Shown here: positions 43,780-58,772 of the stretch, one piece after another | Layout of the letters: every line of letters starts with the position of its first letter | How positions within the stretch are numbered: position 1 is the stretch's first letter | Assembly (NCBI GenBank): GCA_964016885.1 | Contig: OZ024743.1 | Location: forward strand, 67,022,001 to 67,086,000 | Length of the DNA stretch: 64,000 nucleotides | DNA from: Eledone cirrhosa | Lineage: Eukaryota | Direction: 5' to 3' | Translations under genes and position numbers: made by a program | Notes under the pieces: model-generated | Told to the model about the DNA's origin: nothing | The model's database searches: none | The model's input: only the letters and a program-made list of their open reading frames with translations

Positions 43780-45272
43780 AATTTCCGGTTGGTTGGTTGG
43801 TTCCACAACCAGATGGTTGTTTATATATTGTCAAAGTTCTTTCGTCACACATTCTGTGACCTCTTCAGTGGCTAGGGATTCTTTTCTTTGTTTTTGTGCC
43901 TCTCCTTTGTTCTGTCCTACGCCATCTTGTTTCTGTGTGTGTTTATATTCGTTTATTTATTTGTTTATTTACATATTACTGGTTGGTTGTTTGTTCTATG
44001 TGCGTGTGTGTTTTCATTTTGTCCTTAATTGTAAGTTGTGTTGTTGCTGTTCCACTCATGTTTTCTATTTAATTTTGGTTGTAATTCTTTTATGTTTATT
44101 TCCTCTGTGATTTGTCTAAACATTGCGTCTTTTCTGTGTGTAGATTCTATTTTTATTTCTATGTTCTCTAATTTACCTTTATGTTCTATTTTAGCATGTT
44201 GGTAGAGTACAGATGATTCTTTACTATCTTGAAGGTCTCGCCAGTATTCATTTATCCGTTCCCCTATACTACGAGCTGTCTCACCTATGTACACTATATT
44301 TTTATCTCTACATTGTCCTTCAGTACATCTTATGCTATATACTACATTTCTAGTTTTACAGTTAATATGGGGCTTAATTTACAGATTATACATCTCTTAT
44401 CTATACAGGGTATAGATAAGAAAAGGGTATGTCTTGCTAATAAGTGTTTTTATGGAGGTACCTGGTCTTTCTACTATCTTAATATTGAGTTTATGTTTAT
44501 CTAGGGCCCTTCTAAATTTGTAAGCTAATTCACCTCTAGGGGTTGTATCGATGAACATTACACTCTGGTATTTATTGCTATTATACCATGAGTTTATTCT
44601 ATTAGCCTTATTCCTAGTTCTTTCTATTCTATTCCAAAATTTGCTCCAATACAAGGGGCAGGTCCCATTTGTGTCATTATTTACCATTTTTTCCCATTTG
44701 GTTCTGGCTCCTCTATACACTCTGATTTTATCTCTCTGATTGTAACCAGAGAACTGCATACGGTGGATGAAGTGTTGTATGTATCTCTCTAGTTCTTCGG
44801 GGTTGCACATGCGGGATACGTTTCTCATCACCCGTACCAAATCCGCAATCAGTATGTTGATTTTGGTATGGTCCGAAACAGCTGAGTTTCGGTGGAACCG
44901 ATATTTGGAAGTCATGGGTTTGGCATAATGGGAATGGAGGATTTGTTTTTTGTTATTAATGGTATCTAACCAGAGCTATGTGTCTAGTACAGGTAATCGA
45001 TGGTTGGGGTGTTTGCTTGGGTAGTCTATAGTAACTCTAATACTATGGTGGATGGAGTTAGCTATTTGCTGGATGCTTTCCATTGTGTTTTTCTCTAATT
45101 CCTGACTGTTCTCTAGTGAGGGGGTTTTAACTACGATGTTTATATCATCAACGTAGCGGGAGTACATTATCAGGGTTAAGGGGTCTTCTAATTGTTCTTT
45201 AAGTTTAAGTTTCAGTCTACTGTCCCACCATACCATGAATAGGTTGGCTATGTCGCCTGCAATGCTAACACC
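43780..45272 (-). mobile_element. 5'-truncated PLE, Naiad-like RT plus GIY-YIG
   Basis: AGDIANLFM..RYVDD..DYPSKHPNHRLPVLD..YAKPM..QFSGY..PLY..W..WY..TP..KIVERPG; C-rich linker; VVY..C..YIGETARS..ER..PKLNRKHEW. Confidence 0.9.
43830..43872 (-). ncRNA. Minimal HHR in the 3' region of the Naiad-like PLE
   Basis: GCCA-CTGAAGA-g-GTCAC agaatgt GTGAC-GAAA-GAAC-TT-TGAC; same strand as the ORF. Confidence 0.7.
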
Positions 45273-45683
45273 ATATTTATCTAAATTTTACTTTTCTTTG
45301 GTTCCATCTATATTCCTCTACTTGTTCTATTTTTAGAACAAATTATTCCTCTTGAACAAAGAAATAACAAATATTTAGGGTTGTTCTCTACTATTCTACT
45401 AGATACAACACACTGATATCTGCACCCCTTTTCCTCCAACTTTAATCTTCCTTGACCGTCCACACTTTTCACATACAATCTGTCTAAATTCCTTTACACT
45501 CGCAACCTTCTTTTCCTTTCTTAAAGGTCATTCGATACCTCAGCCCCTGACTGCTAATTTATTCATCTACTACTACCAGCTTAATGATCTATATTGCCCC
45601 TTCCTATTTTTACTATTGGTCAATCTCAACCTTGTTCTTAAAAGGTTACTTATTCATACATGTTTTATATTCTTCAATAAACC

Positions 45684-45814
45684 AAACTCATTATTTCTGA
45701 AGACGTATGTATATTTTCTTCCTTTGATAATTTGTAATATATTTTACAGAGATCACTAATAGAATGAACATACGGAGAACTACCCCCCAGAAACGATCAT
45801 AAAATAATGAGTTT
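45684..45814 (+). ncRNA. HHR with 13-bp stem I and long, partly deleted stem II, in a pLTR remnant (about 45275-46005)
   Basis: AAACTCATTATTT-CTGAAGA-CGTATGT...ACATACG...-GAAA-C gatc A-TA-AAATAATGAGTTT. Confidence 0.7.
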
Positions 45815-46007
45815 TACTATGAATTACCCGTATTTTGTCTAATTTCATTGTTTACACTATTTGTATTATTTTGATTCTGTTACCAATGAATTATATCGTT
45901 GAAATTTGTATTTTAAACTTTGCTTCACGACATCTTCTACATACGGATTACGTTGAGTTCTTCATGCGGTTTGGACCCTACCATTAATTGGTGGGTTAAT
46001 CTGTATA

Positions 46008-46082
<75 letters not shown>

Positions 46083-46290
46083 CAGCAGAACCTCGTTTCT
46101 CTAAATTAATTCGTTCCTGAAGGACGTTCGTCCACCGTAGTAACTAACTACAGACCAAGTGACGTTTTCACACTGATACTTCCATCATGTTGCCAACCGT
46201 TGCCGTCGGTTTGCGTGTTTCACGAGACAGCGTTCGTCACTCGCGACATTTTATGTTCGGAAAAATTGTTCGTGGACAGACGTTTCACTA
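46083..46290. mobile_element. pogo/Tigger-like MITE
   Basis: TA-CAGCAGAACCTCG...GACGTTTCACTA-TA degenerate terminal inverted repeats with TA flanks. Confidence 0.55.
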
Positions 46291-46332
46291 TATACATACA
46301 CCCATCCACATACACAAACACACATATATATA

Positions 46333-46486
46333 TAATATTAATAATATTAATAAATGGAAAATATCTTTATAAAACCATATTTATGGTTTTATAAAGACAT
46401 TTTCCATTTATTAATATTATTAATATTAATGATACTCCAGATACTAACAGTGGAGTGCTTCTAATATGTTGTAAAATCAACTTATT

Positions 46487-46490
<4 letters not shown>
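46333..46490 (+). mobile_element. 96-bp palindrome plus ~60-nt tail in (TA)n
   Basis: taatattaataatattaataaatggaaaat..aaaaccata ttt atggtttt..attttccatttattaatattattaatatta. Confidence 0.7.
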
Positions 46491-46541
<51 letters not shown>

Positions 46542-46579
46542 GCTTAAGAGGCAGTGGGAACATTTAAAATGTAGTAGTA

Positions 46580-46703
46580 TCATGAATGTAATTAAAGTAA
46601 TCAACTCCCGGGAGGATAACAAATGGGCAGATATGCCTGAAAGGAATCGAACCACGCATTCCTCGGATGCCACATGAGTGCATTAAACGTTCCCTAAGGC
46701 GTT
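46580..46703 (-). mobile_element. tRNA-like SINE head
   Basis: Minus strand has B-box GGTTCGATTCC about 50 nt after a weak A-box; no clean cloverleaf. Confidence 0.4.
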
Positions 46704-48124
46704 CCTGGCCACTGATTGGTCGTCCAACCATCAGCGGATCTATATTCAACTGTGTTCCATCTATGTACCTGCAGTTGTTGTTTAATCCCATATCAGCTCT
46801 GATTTGCAGATCTACGATGAAAATGTTGCAGTATTGACAATAGTAGTTTTTTAGCCTAAAGCCAGTCGTGACTTAATAAACATGATATGAAAATGTATCC
46901 GACCATAATCATGTTGGCGTTGTTTAATCTCAGGTCAGATGTAACTGACCAGACCTATGATAAAAATTATTCAACTTCATGATCATACCAAAGTTTTCTA
47001 TATCTAAAATTACCTTTCGTCTGTGTATTGTTTCTTACAAAATGTTAGATTGTGCTTAGTAGATGATTTGGCTGCCATTTTAGCAGTTTGAACTACCACA
47101 TAGAAGCTCGCTTATTGGCTTAAAAATTAATGAGTTTATTTATGCTATTGATAATATTTGTATATGTTTGATTTGCTGAGATGCAGAAAAGCTTTGATCG
47201 ATCAGACAGACCAATGATAAAAAAAGCATTCTATACAAGGTCATTTCACAATTTTCTATATCTAAAAACTACACTGTACAATATATTCTTCTTTTGGCTT
47301 CTAATTCTAGCATGTTGAGTGGCCATGTCTTCATGTTGGCTTGTATAGGATTTGATTTTAGTATTCGTCTGGACTGAATAAGTAAAATTTAGAACTGATT
47401 ATGAGAAATAAAATCATATTCAACAACGAAAGATCATGTAGCTAACTGTTGTTGTTGTTATAGTAAATACATGGGAAGAATTCAGGGTTCTCTGACGAAG
47501 ATGTACATTAATCTTTTTGGGGGTTTCTTGGGGGACATCTATTATAAGGGTAATAGTCCTTCCATGTAACAGTTCTCTCGATGGCAGGAGGTAGGTTTTC
47601 AACGGTGATAATGATGATTTTTAATTTAGGCACAAGACCAGTAATGTATAGAAAGAGGGAGTGGGTGTAATTCGGTTATATCGACTCTAGTATTTCACTG
47701 GTACTTTATTTCATCTACCTCAGAAGGAAGGTTGGCGAAGTTGAACATCCGTGAGATTTCAACTCAGAAAGGAAAGAGAAATAACTAAATGGCCTTAAGT
47801 ATTCTGCTCGAGGCTGTAACAATAATGATAATCTAGCATACTAGACTGGTACTTTATTTATCGATACGAAAGGTGACCTCAGCAGAATTTGAAAACAGAA
47901 CGCAAAGTACCGGAACAGATAAGGAAATTGATTTAATCCGACTCTTTAACATCACACCTTAGTTGTTGTCAAAGTTTCATTGTATTTCCGAAAGGGAAGT
48001 GGGTTCGAATAAACCAACCAAAATCAAGATATTGAAGATGTCATTCATATATATATATATATAGTAAAAATAAGACTAAATAATATAGTAATGAAGACTA
48101 AAATCCGAGGAGAGCTCGATAAGG

Positions 48125-48185
<61 letters not shown>

Positions 48186-48188
<3 letters not shown>

Positions 48189-50543
48189 TCAAAAGATGGT
48201 TAAAAGAGTTCCATGTATTTTATTATGCGCATTTCAAAAACAATATTATTAAGAACAATATACGTAATCTCTTTAACTAACATAACTTAAAAATTGAATT
48301 TGATAACAACATCAAACTAGCTAACTTCTTGGATGTATCTCTTAATCTTGACACTAGCCTATATTACCATTACCATAAAAACAATGAGAATCTAAATTAT
48401 GTTTATTTTAAATCTAACCAGCCCACTAGTATTAAGAATGTTATAGTTAGTAATATTGGAAAAAGAATATCCAACCTATCATCTATAAAAACATCTTTGA
48501 TGTTAACGCCAATTACTAAAATAACGCGCTTTCTTAAACCGGTTATCCTGATAAAATCAAATACAGTAAAGAAACAAATCCTAGAAGATCTTACAGTAAA
48601 ATAATTAATCATGATCATTCCAATAACTTTAATAAAAGACCTAGATACAAAAAGATAATCTGGTATAATGCTCCTTTCTCCATCTCTATTAATAATAATA
48701 TTCCTAAATTATTCTTTAGTGCCTTAAATAAATGCTTCCCTCCCTCACATATCTATAGTAAAATATTTAACAAACACACTATAACATTTTCCTATTCGAC
48801 CTCCTCCAACATCTCCAACATTATCTCTAAACACAACAATAAAATACTAAATACTAAATCTCTTCCTTCCAACACTGAATATCATAATAATAGTAATAGT
48901 ACTCCCGACGACATTGTTAACTCTAGGCTAATTTCTGCAAACCCAAATACAACGTCAAACGCAACTTCGTTAAATGTTCTTAATCCCAATCTAAATCAAG
49001 AAACTATTATTCCTATCGTAAATAACTTCTCCAATCCAATTCCTCCTATAGATAACACTAGGTCACTTGTTAATAACTCTGTTAATTTCTCTAATCGCAA
49101 TTGTAATTGCCCTGTTAAAGATAAATGTCCTCTCAACAACCATTGTCTTGATAAAAACTTAATCTATGAATATAAAGTTATAACTGACACCAATTCCTTT
49201 ACCTATTTTGGCTCCACTACCACCTCCTTTAAAGCTCGTCTTTATAATCATCATTCGTCTTTTAAATACCAACTTAAAAGAACACGGCACTCTCAGAACT
49301 CATATGGTCCTTGAAAGACAAAAATATTAACTATAACATCTCTTGGAGGAAGGTTCGTTCTGCCTCTCCATACTTGAATGCCTCTCTATCCAAAACATGA
49401 ATCTCTGTTTATGTGAGAAATTTACCATTATATCTAATTTAGATTCTATAATAAATAGACGCACTGACTTGTTTTCTCTCTGCTTGCATAAATTCCACAG
49501 AACATTCCATAAAGTATACAGCTAATATCTAATACTTTACCAACTTAAAATCCTTTTTCTCAAACGCACATATATATATATATTTTTTTTAAAAAATATA
49601 CCCATCTTTCTACCTTATTTCAATGTTATTTATTATACATTATATAATACTAGTTACTCATTCTATATCATTCCTATTTATCACTTCCCTTTCTTCCTTT
49701 TTTCCTTTTTTCTTTTAATTTCTAACCTCTAATCTGTACCTTTTCTTCCTAGATACTTCTCAATTCTCATTATTACTCACCACAATATATCCACTCTTCC
49801 TTCTTCCATCCTATCACTGGCTATAAAACTTACTATTACCCTTTTAAATACTTTATAGTATCACCTTGAAAAATCCTTCGTAAACATAAACATTTTTTTT
49901 TACGTTAGATTATTCATCCTCAATTCATTATTTTTTTCTCCCTTTCATGCTCGTCTAACTTCTACATATTACACATCACAACACATAAAAACAAACTTAA
50001 ACCGTAACTAATCTCCTTTATTACATTATATTATTACTATTAGGAAATACTTCATAAACATACATATTTTGATGTTAAGGTCTTCTCCTTAAACACTATC
50101 TCCTTATTTGCTTTCTGCGCTCATTTGTAAACAAACTATTTACATATATTACACATACATATTACATTACATAATAACAAACTTAAATACTAACTAATTC
50201 CTCTAAATTCATAATTCATCCACTCTTCTACTTCTTTTCACAATATATCCTTAATTACATTACTATTTTTATTTTTTTAATAATACATATCAACAATTTC
50301 TTTAGATCGCACATATTATTAAACCCTTCAATATTCAAACCTTAACTTAATATTATTCTTAATACATATTAACAATTTATTTTCATCGCACATATTATTA
50401 AACCCTTCAATATACAAACCTTAATTTAACATTATTCTTAAATTTTTCTCTTCGTTAATTTTCAAATTCTTTTAATTTATATATTATCTTCCAACGGTTT
50501 TTTAACCTCTCTCTGTTAAACAATATATTTTTCTCAGTTATAA

Positions 50544-50641
<98 letters not shown>

Positions 50642-51036
50642 ATCTCTCCTCCTATCTCATCCTTCCTTATTATACTCCTCCCCCTCCATTCTTTACTCTC
50701 ATCTCCTCCTCTTTTTCATCCTTTCCCCCCGCCCTCTCAATTTTTTTCCAAATATCACACATCAATCTAAAACTACTTTTCATATGTTCATTTAAAACTG
50801 CACTATTCACAAGTGTTTTTTAACCTTCATATCATGTCTCCCTATTTTATCAGACGAAAACACAAATGTCATCGCATGATGATATTTGTTTTTGAAATGC
50901 GCATAATAAAATACATGGAACTCTTTTAACCATCTTTTGATCTTATATATTATTTGTACTCCAGTCCTACAAACTGTAGAGTGCTACTTATCCGATATCT
51001 GCATTGCTTTATTGTACTACAATAAAACTCACCTCC
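48186..51036 (+). mobile_element. 5'-truncated PLE (Hydra-type) with inverted 5' copy of its terminal repeat, long 3' region, HHR and tail, inserted in (TA)n
   Basis: NFLDVSLNL..SNQP, IIWYNAPFS..KIFNKHTITFSYS, CNCPVKDKCPLNNHCL..LIY..YFGST..FKARLYNH; 48186-48243 mirrors 50886-50943. Confidence 0.88.
50843..50913 (+). ncRNA. HHR with long stem II hairpin and U4A core
   Basis: TATTTTAT-CAGACGA-AAACACAAATGTCATC gcat GATGATATTTGTTTTT-GAAA-TGCGCA-TA-ATAAAATA. Confidence 0.7.
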
Positions 51037-51591
51037 TATATATATATATATTCATTAGTTAAGCAAAACAAGACCACAAATTTCACAAGGAAGACATTAT
51101 TAAAAGATTGTCAACATATTTTAGTTTGATGTAAGGAATGTAGAGAATAATAATAATAATATTAATAATAATTGTTTCTATATTTTGGCACAAGGCCAGC
51201 AAATTCTCCAGTACATTACTGGTACTTTATTTTATAATAATAATGTCCGTTTTCAATTGTTTCGCTACACCATATAATATTTCTAGATCAGATGACTATA
51301 TATCATTATTGATCTGGTTCAGTTGAAAATAATTAACATATTTAAAGACAGAGCGGCTCATCGGAACTTCAAAGGAATGTAAATTAAAATAAGGAAAGAA
51401 TGTTACATAATGTAATGTTCCATATATTGGTATTTCACAATGGTGTCCTGGGTGTATCAATTGTCTGCCATAATCAAGCAGTGTTCATCTGTCATGCCTT
51501 TACGCTTTCGCCTCTAACTAATTCACCAATCTCTCCTCTCCTATCTCCTATCCTATCTCCATCTCTCTCTTTAAGATTGGTTACACTTGAA

Positions 51592-51666
<75 letters not shown>

Positions 51667-51669
51667 TAG

Positions 51670-52105
51670 TTCTTAGGTTCTTCTGCGACGTTCGGGGCAT
51701 CAGGCAGTAAGTAGTCGCCAACGGTCACGATCAGTGGTGGTTTTCGTATCCGTTCCAAGTGATGTTGGCTGCCATCAGGTCCTTTCGGAACGTTCGTCGC
51801 CAGATGATCCTGGGGAAACCCCGCTCCCGTTTGCCGCCACATGGATTCCAGTTCATCGCTCTGTAGGAATGTTGTTCGGTGGGCAGGCGCAGAATATGGC
51901 CAGCCACGTGACACCGGCGCTCCGTGGCCATCTTCTTTAGCATCAGCATCCACGACTCACCTCTCCGCTTGATTTCCTCGTTTCGCACTCAGTCGCGAGG
52001 AGGCCACACAAAGGATCATTCGCAGGCACCGCTGGTGGAAACCTGAAGAGCATGGCAGAGATAGAGACACGGCTGAACACCTTCCTGCAGCAGTGCCTGC
52101 GAATG

Positions 52106-52107
<2 letters not shown>
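51670..52107 (-). mobile_element. RTE-clade LINE 3' fragment with a short inverted homologous piece
   Basis: FHQRCLRMIL..RNEEI..AGHILRLP..AMNWNP..KRERGFPRIIWRR; plus-strand RLNTFLQQCLRM at 52069-52107. Confidence 0.85.
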
Positions 52108-52175
<68 letters not shown>

Positions 52176-52530
52176 TTGGGGAGGGTCAGAATTAATAACA
52201 GAACACACTCACTGTTTGGTTGGTATTTGCTTTTCGCTTCTGTGTCTTTTATATCGGTAATCTAATATATTAGGTCTTCAATGTTGCCATTGGCTGACCA
52301 ACGGTCAAAAATAATACAGATACAATATAGACACAAACACATATATAGTTTATATACCACACCAAACGAAAGGGATGTAAGAGGAATCAGAATTGTGACC
52401 TAACCTTCAGTTGCTGATACTGGTTTATAAGTATAAGCGCATGAAGATTACGCCACAATTTTGATTCATCTTACATTCTGGAGATATGGTCAATATTATT
52501 TCCTTTTTACCACCTACGGATATATTCTAC

Positions 52531-52623
<93 letters not shown>

Positions 52624-52769
52624 TATTTAGTGATGGTTTCGGCGATGGTATTGTGTTTAGACTGTATGTATATATCTGTCATAGCTCAAACATGTATACA
52701 TATATACAAACATTAATTTGTGTGATTTCCGTTAGGTTGCTCGACTCGACTTATTTTCAACTAGAAGCA

Positions 52770-52795
52770 ATGGCTGCCAAAGGAAAAGAAAATTG
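52770..52795 (+). CDS. Putative micro-exon 1 (MAAKGKEN-W)
   Basis: ttttcaactAG|aagcaATGG...aattg|GTATGT; good Kozak context; phase 2 donor. Confidence 0.25.
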
Positions 52796-53795
52796 GTATG
52801 TCACACTCACCTTTAGATACACCCGCACTGAAAAATACAGTCGCCAAAAAAGACATTTTAAATTAAAAAATTTTAAATATATATTAGAAGAATGAATTGT
52901 TTTTTGGATCTTTTAAGATGTACAGCTCTTACGCGGTGGAATGAGTTATTTCCCTTTGATATTGAAATGAATCTTGAAAGCTGATAAAAAAAAAAAGAAA
53001 AAGAAACAAAAGAAGATAAATTAACTTTAGAAATTCCCGATAGAAAAAGAAAGAGCAGAATTAGAAAAAAATGTAGACCTATGTGAGATCGATAGTTCAA
53101 TATATGAAGGATGGGGGGTAAAGATATGAAGAATGGGTAACGAAAAAGGAGAAAGAACAGGAAGGAAGAACAACAATGAAAGATATTATATATATATATG
53201 TGTGTGTGTGTGTGTATTTAAGTGTGTGTGTGTGTGATAAATGTATATTGTACGATGATTGGTGTAACTAATTAATTAGTCGCAATCACGGCCTCATACA
53301 CAAATATACGTAAGCAAACATACATTCATACATACATACCAACATACATACATATTACATACATATACACATACCTACATGCATACATACATTCACATAC
53401 ATACATACATACATACATACATACATACATACATACATACATACATACATACATACATACACACATACATACCAACCTACATATTACACGCACAATAACA
53501 CCATAACAAGGCATCATTTTTTTCACTTGGCATGGCACAAATAATTAAGTCCACCGTATAGACTGGTCTTTTGTGAAATATTTACATATATACATACACA
53601 CACATATATATACATATATATATATATATATATCTGCATACATCTCTTTCTCTATTATATATATATGAGTATATATGCGTATATATATATATATATATAT
53701 ATATACTATATATATTATATATATATATTTTATATATATATATATTTATATATATATATATTATATATATTATATATATATATTTTATATATATG

Positions 53796-53872
<77 letters not shown>

Positions 53873-53879
53873 TTATTTG

Positions 53880-54010
<131 letters not shown>

Positions 54011-54271
54011 ATTATATACTTGGAGGTGGTTTTATTTATTCATGAAATTTGGTTCCAGTTGAGAGATGAAAGATGAACACCACTACACGACATATTGATG
54101 TGACGTATTGATTTTAATAAATCTCACCTATACACAAGGTATATTAATATATATTGATTCGTTATTGTTTTTTTTTATTGCAGTTGTTGTTGTCTTTACT
54201 GTTTTGTTTTTGATGCCTTTCCTGTTGTGCTGTGTTTTGCTGTTGTTCGTGTTGTTGTTGTTTTCTGTTAG

Positions 54272-54337
54272 GGCTGGGGACGATGTTTCAGAAGGTGCCT
54301 TGAATGGTGGAATCCCTACTGCATTTCATGTTTCAAT
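54272..54337 (+). CDS. Putative 66-nt exon 2 (AGDDVSEGALNGGIPTAFHVS)
   Basis: Pyrimidine tract-AG acceptor, GTATGT donor, phase 2/2 compatible with exon 1; a complex island amid repeats. Confidence 0.3.
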
Positions 54338-54399
54338 GTATGTATGTATTTATGTATGTATATATATATGTATGTATTCAAATAAGTATGTATATATGC

Positions 54400-54432
<33 letters not shown>

Positions 54433-54584
54433 TGTATGTAGGTATGTATGTATGTATGTATGTATGTATGTATGTATGTATGTATGTATGTATGTATGTA
54501 TGTATGTATGTTTATATGTCTGTATCTATGTATACATGCCTGTATGTAGGCATACGTGTACGTATATGTGTAGATGAATTTATG

Positions 54585-54697
<113 letters not shown>

Positions 54698-54840
54698 ATA
54701 TTTCTGTGAGTGCGTTTGTGTGGGTGTGTGTGCATGCGTGTGTGTGTGTAAACCATGTTACCATCTACCAGTGTATATAATGTACCATTTCTTTTGTCCC
54801 CTATTTTTATACTTTATATATTAATGTTAGTTGTGAAAAT

Positions 54841-56003
54841 GGTGACGGTGAAGGTGATGGTGATGGTGAAGGTGATGGTGATGGTGATGGTGATGGTGAA
54901 GGTGATGGTGATGGTGAAGATGTTGATGGTGATGGTGATGGTGACGGTGAAGGTGATGGTGATGGTGATGGTGAAGGTGATGGTGATGGTGATGGTGACG
55001 GTGAAGGTGATGGTGATGGTGATGGTGACGGTGAAGGTGATGGTGATGGTGATGGTGAGGGTGACGGTGATGGTGATGGTGATGGTGATGGTGAAGGTGA
55101 TGGTGATGGTGAAGATGTTGATGGTGATGGTGATGGTGATGGTGACGGTGAAGGTGATGGTGATGGTGAAGCTGATGGTGATGGTGAGGGTGAAGGTGAT
55201 AGTGATGGTGAAGGTGATGGTGAGGGTGATGGTGATGGTGATGGTGAGGGTGATGGTGATGGTGAGGGTGATGGTGATGGTGATGGTGATGGTGATGGTG
55301 AGGGTGATGGTGATGGTGAGGGTGATGGTGATGGTGAGGGTGATGGTGATGGTGAGGGTGATGGTGACGGTGAAGGTGATGGTGATGGTGATGGTGATGG
55401 TGAAGGTGAAGGTGATGGTGATGGTGATGGTGAAGGTGATGGTGATGGTGACGGTGAAGGTGATGGTGATGGTGATGGTGATGGTGAAGGTGATGGTGAT
55501 GGTGAAGATGTTGATGGTGATGGTGATGGTGATGGTGACGGTGAAGGTGATGGTGATGGTGAAGCTGATGGTGATGGTGAGGGTGAAGGTGATAGTGATG
55601 GTGAAGGTGATGGTGAGGGTGATGGTGATGGTGATGGTGAGGGTGATGGTGATGGTGAGGGTGATGGTGATGGTGATGGTGATGGTGATGGTGAGGGTGA
55701 TGGTGATGGTGAGGGTGATGGTGATGGTGACGGTGAAGGTGATGGTGAGGGTGATGGTGATGGTGACGGTGAAGGTGATGGTGATGGTGATGGTGACGGT
55801 GAAGGTGATGGTGATGGTGATGGTGAGGGTGACGGTGATGGTGACGGTGAAGGTGATGGTGATGGTGATGGTGATGGTGACGGTGAAGGTGATGGTGATG
55901 GTGACGGTGAAGGTGATGGTGATGGTGACGGTGAAGGTGATGGTGAAGGTGATGGTGATGGTGACGGTGAAGGTGATGGTGAAGGTGATGGTGATGGTGA
56001 AGG

Positions 56004-56050
<47 letters not shown>

Positions 56051-56080
56051 GTGAAGGTGTTGAGGATGGTGATGGTGACA
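54841..56080 (+). repeat. (GGTGAN)n hexamer array with ~393-bp internal duplication, ending in (GAT)n
   Basis: Seen directly; marker gaagatgttg..gaagctgatg..gatagtgat recurs at 55111 and 55504. Confidence 0.95.
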
Positions 56081-56194
56081 GTGGGGTTTTATTTAATTAT
56101 ATATTTCCAATCTAAATGTTACGGAATTATTAAACATTTTCTGTTATTTTTGTACAAACTATGCTTATACATTTATTTCACTCACTCACACCCA

Positions 56195-56311
<117 letters not shown>

Positions 56312-56461
56312 AAAATCCCGACCGAGGCGCCAAGCGGTCGTGATGTAACAAATCACTACACCAACTCTACATCTCTCCATGTATTGAGTACACACATGAT
56401 TAATGGTCTCCTAGGTCTCAGCACTGCAGCCCCCCCCCCGACTCTATCTCTCTCTCTCTGT

Positions 56462-56509
<48 letters not shown>

Positions 56510-56709
56510 TTTAGCACACCATCAACAAAGCCTTTGGTTGCAGCCAAGCTAACGAATTCCGTTTCGGTGTGCAGCTAAGTACTCAATAGGGAATATTACC
56601 TTAGAGTTATAACATTACCTTTAGACAGCTTTGCAAATCAAATACAGCGACCGATAGACGGGCCGCAGTGACCATAGCGACGAAGAAAACCGAACTCAGG
56701 AAAAACAAA

Positions 56710-56759
<50 letters not shown>

Positions 56760-56974
56760 AATGGAAGTTCAGTAGAATCGAAGCTGTGGCTGCAGCCACG
56801 CTGACGAATGCAATCGGAATGTACATCTAAGTACTCAATAAGGTATTTTACCTTAGAGTAATAAGATTACGTTTAGACAGCTTGACAAATTGAAGATTGC
56901 GACCGTTGAGCCAGCCGCAAGGACGAAAGCAACGAGAAACTCAGGATAATTTATATATATATATATACATATCT

Positions 56975-57230
56975 AGGGCGGGTAAAATTCCCGAGATCCA
57001 TGGACGAGTTCCTTCCAGTGGTCTCTGTCCTTCATTATCGCTGCCATGTCCTGCGTCTCCAACAGACCAGTGTATGTCCTTAGGGCATCAACATATGTTA
57101 ACTTCGGTCTTCCTCTTCCAGTGTGTCCATGCAAGGGCTCCTACAGGATCACTGGGTGTAGTGTCAACTCTGGATGTCGGTGAGCATGTCCAGCTAACCT
57201 CAGCCACCTCTTTTTCACTTTCGAGCTGAC
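56975..57230 (-). mobile_element. RTE-clade LINE 3' fragment
   Basis: KRWLRLAGHAHRHPEL..EPLHGHTGRGRP..TYVD..MKDRDHWKELV. Confidence 0.8.
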
Positions 57231-57428
57231 TTATATATATACAGGTGTCTGTTTGTGTGTGTATGAGGTTGCTCGCGAGTGTTACGGGTAACATGTAACC
57301 CAAACTAACATGTCCCATGATAGAATCAACAGGAACTAAACTGGCAACCCCACCAAGCAACCCTGATTCGGGAGGCTGAATTTTTGTATAGAACTATTCT
57401 TGAGTTTTAACACCTATACAATTGTCCT

Positions 57429-57500
<72 letters not shown>

Positions 57501-57956
57501 TGTGTGTGTGTGTGCGGGTGTGTGTGTGCGGGTGTGTGTGTGTGTGTGTATGTGCACGCGTGTGTCTGCGCGCGTGCGTTTATCTGTGTTTATGTGAATA
57601 CTCAGGAGGGCATTTGAAACTGCGGTGTTTGTAGTTTCCGGCTTAATTTGGTTTGCCTGTTGCAATTTTAACAACTTCAAACAATTATAGAGTTTCTTTC
57701 TTGTTGCACGAGTGATTGTCACTCAAGAATCTGATGTGTAGGCATTTTTCGTGTCCCTATCCTTTGTTTCTTGGTCTTTCCCTATTCATTGACATCTTCA
57801 GAACCCATATCATGGAAGCCCTAAAATAGAAGGATATCGCTAAAAATGTGGTCATACCCTACAATGAATCGACAGCCTTCATATGCATGTATATATGTGT
57901 GCATGTTGTATATATATATATATATTATATTATACTATATATACTTTAATCTGTTA

Positions 57957-58000
<44 letters not shown>

Positions 58001-58036
58001 CGTGTGTGTGTATACATATATATATATATATATATA

Positions 58037-58112
<76 letters not shown>

Positions 58113-58466
58113 TATATATATACAGTATATATATATATATATATATACTGTATGTATATATATATATATATATACTGTATGTATATATATATATATATAT
58201 ACACATGTTGCTGATGGAGGTGTTGTGCGTGTTCCGGTAGTGGCCGAATCATATAAATGTGTAGATATATATATATATTTTTTATATATATAAATTCACA
58301 CACACACACACACACACACAATAAATCAGAACATATATGTACCCCACAACTACTATTACCTCCACCATTTGCATAACTAAATCAACACCAACTACTACCG
58401 CCATCATTAACCATAGCCACCTCTGATATACATAGCTTGTCTTGGAAGCATACACTTACACAAACA

Positions 58467-58516
<50 letters not shown>

Positions 58517-58712
58517 ATATATATAAGTACATGTATGACATATATATGTCATACATGTACTTATATGTATAAACACACAAACATAAATATACATACATAC
58601 ATATATACATACACATGTGTGTGTGTGTGTACGTTAATATGTAGAATATGTTATTGTGTGTATTTTTGCATGACTCTCTGCATCTACATGTGTATTGATG
58701 CATGACTGCAAG

Positions 58713-58772
<60 letters not shown>

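Noticed and set aside
43870-44420. Selenocysteine recoding in the Naiad-like PLE
   Set aside because: Linker and endonuclease Cys codons read TGT, not TGA, and no SECIS was evident in the short 3' region
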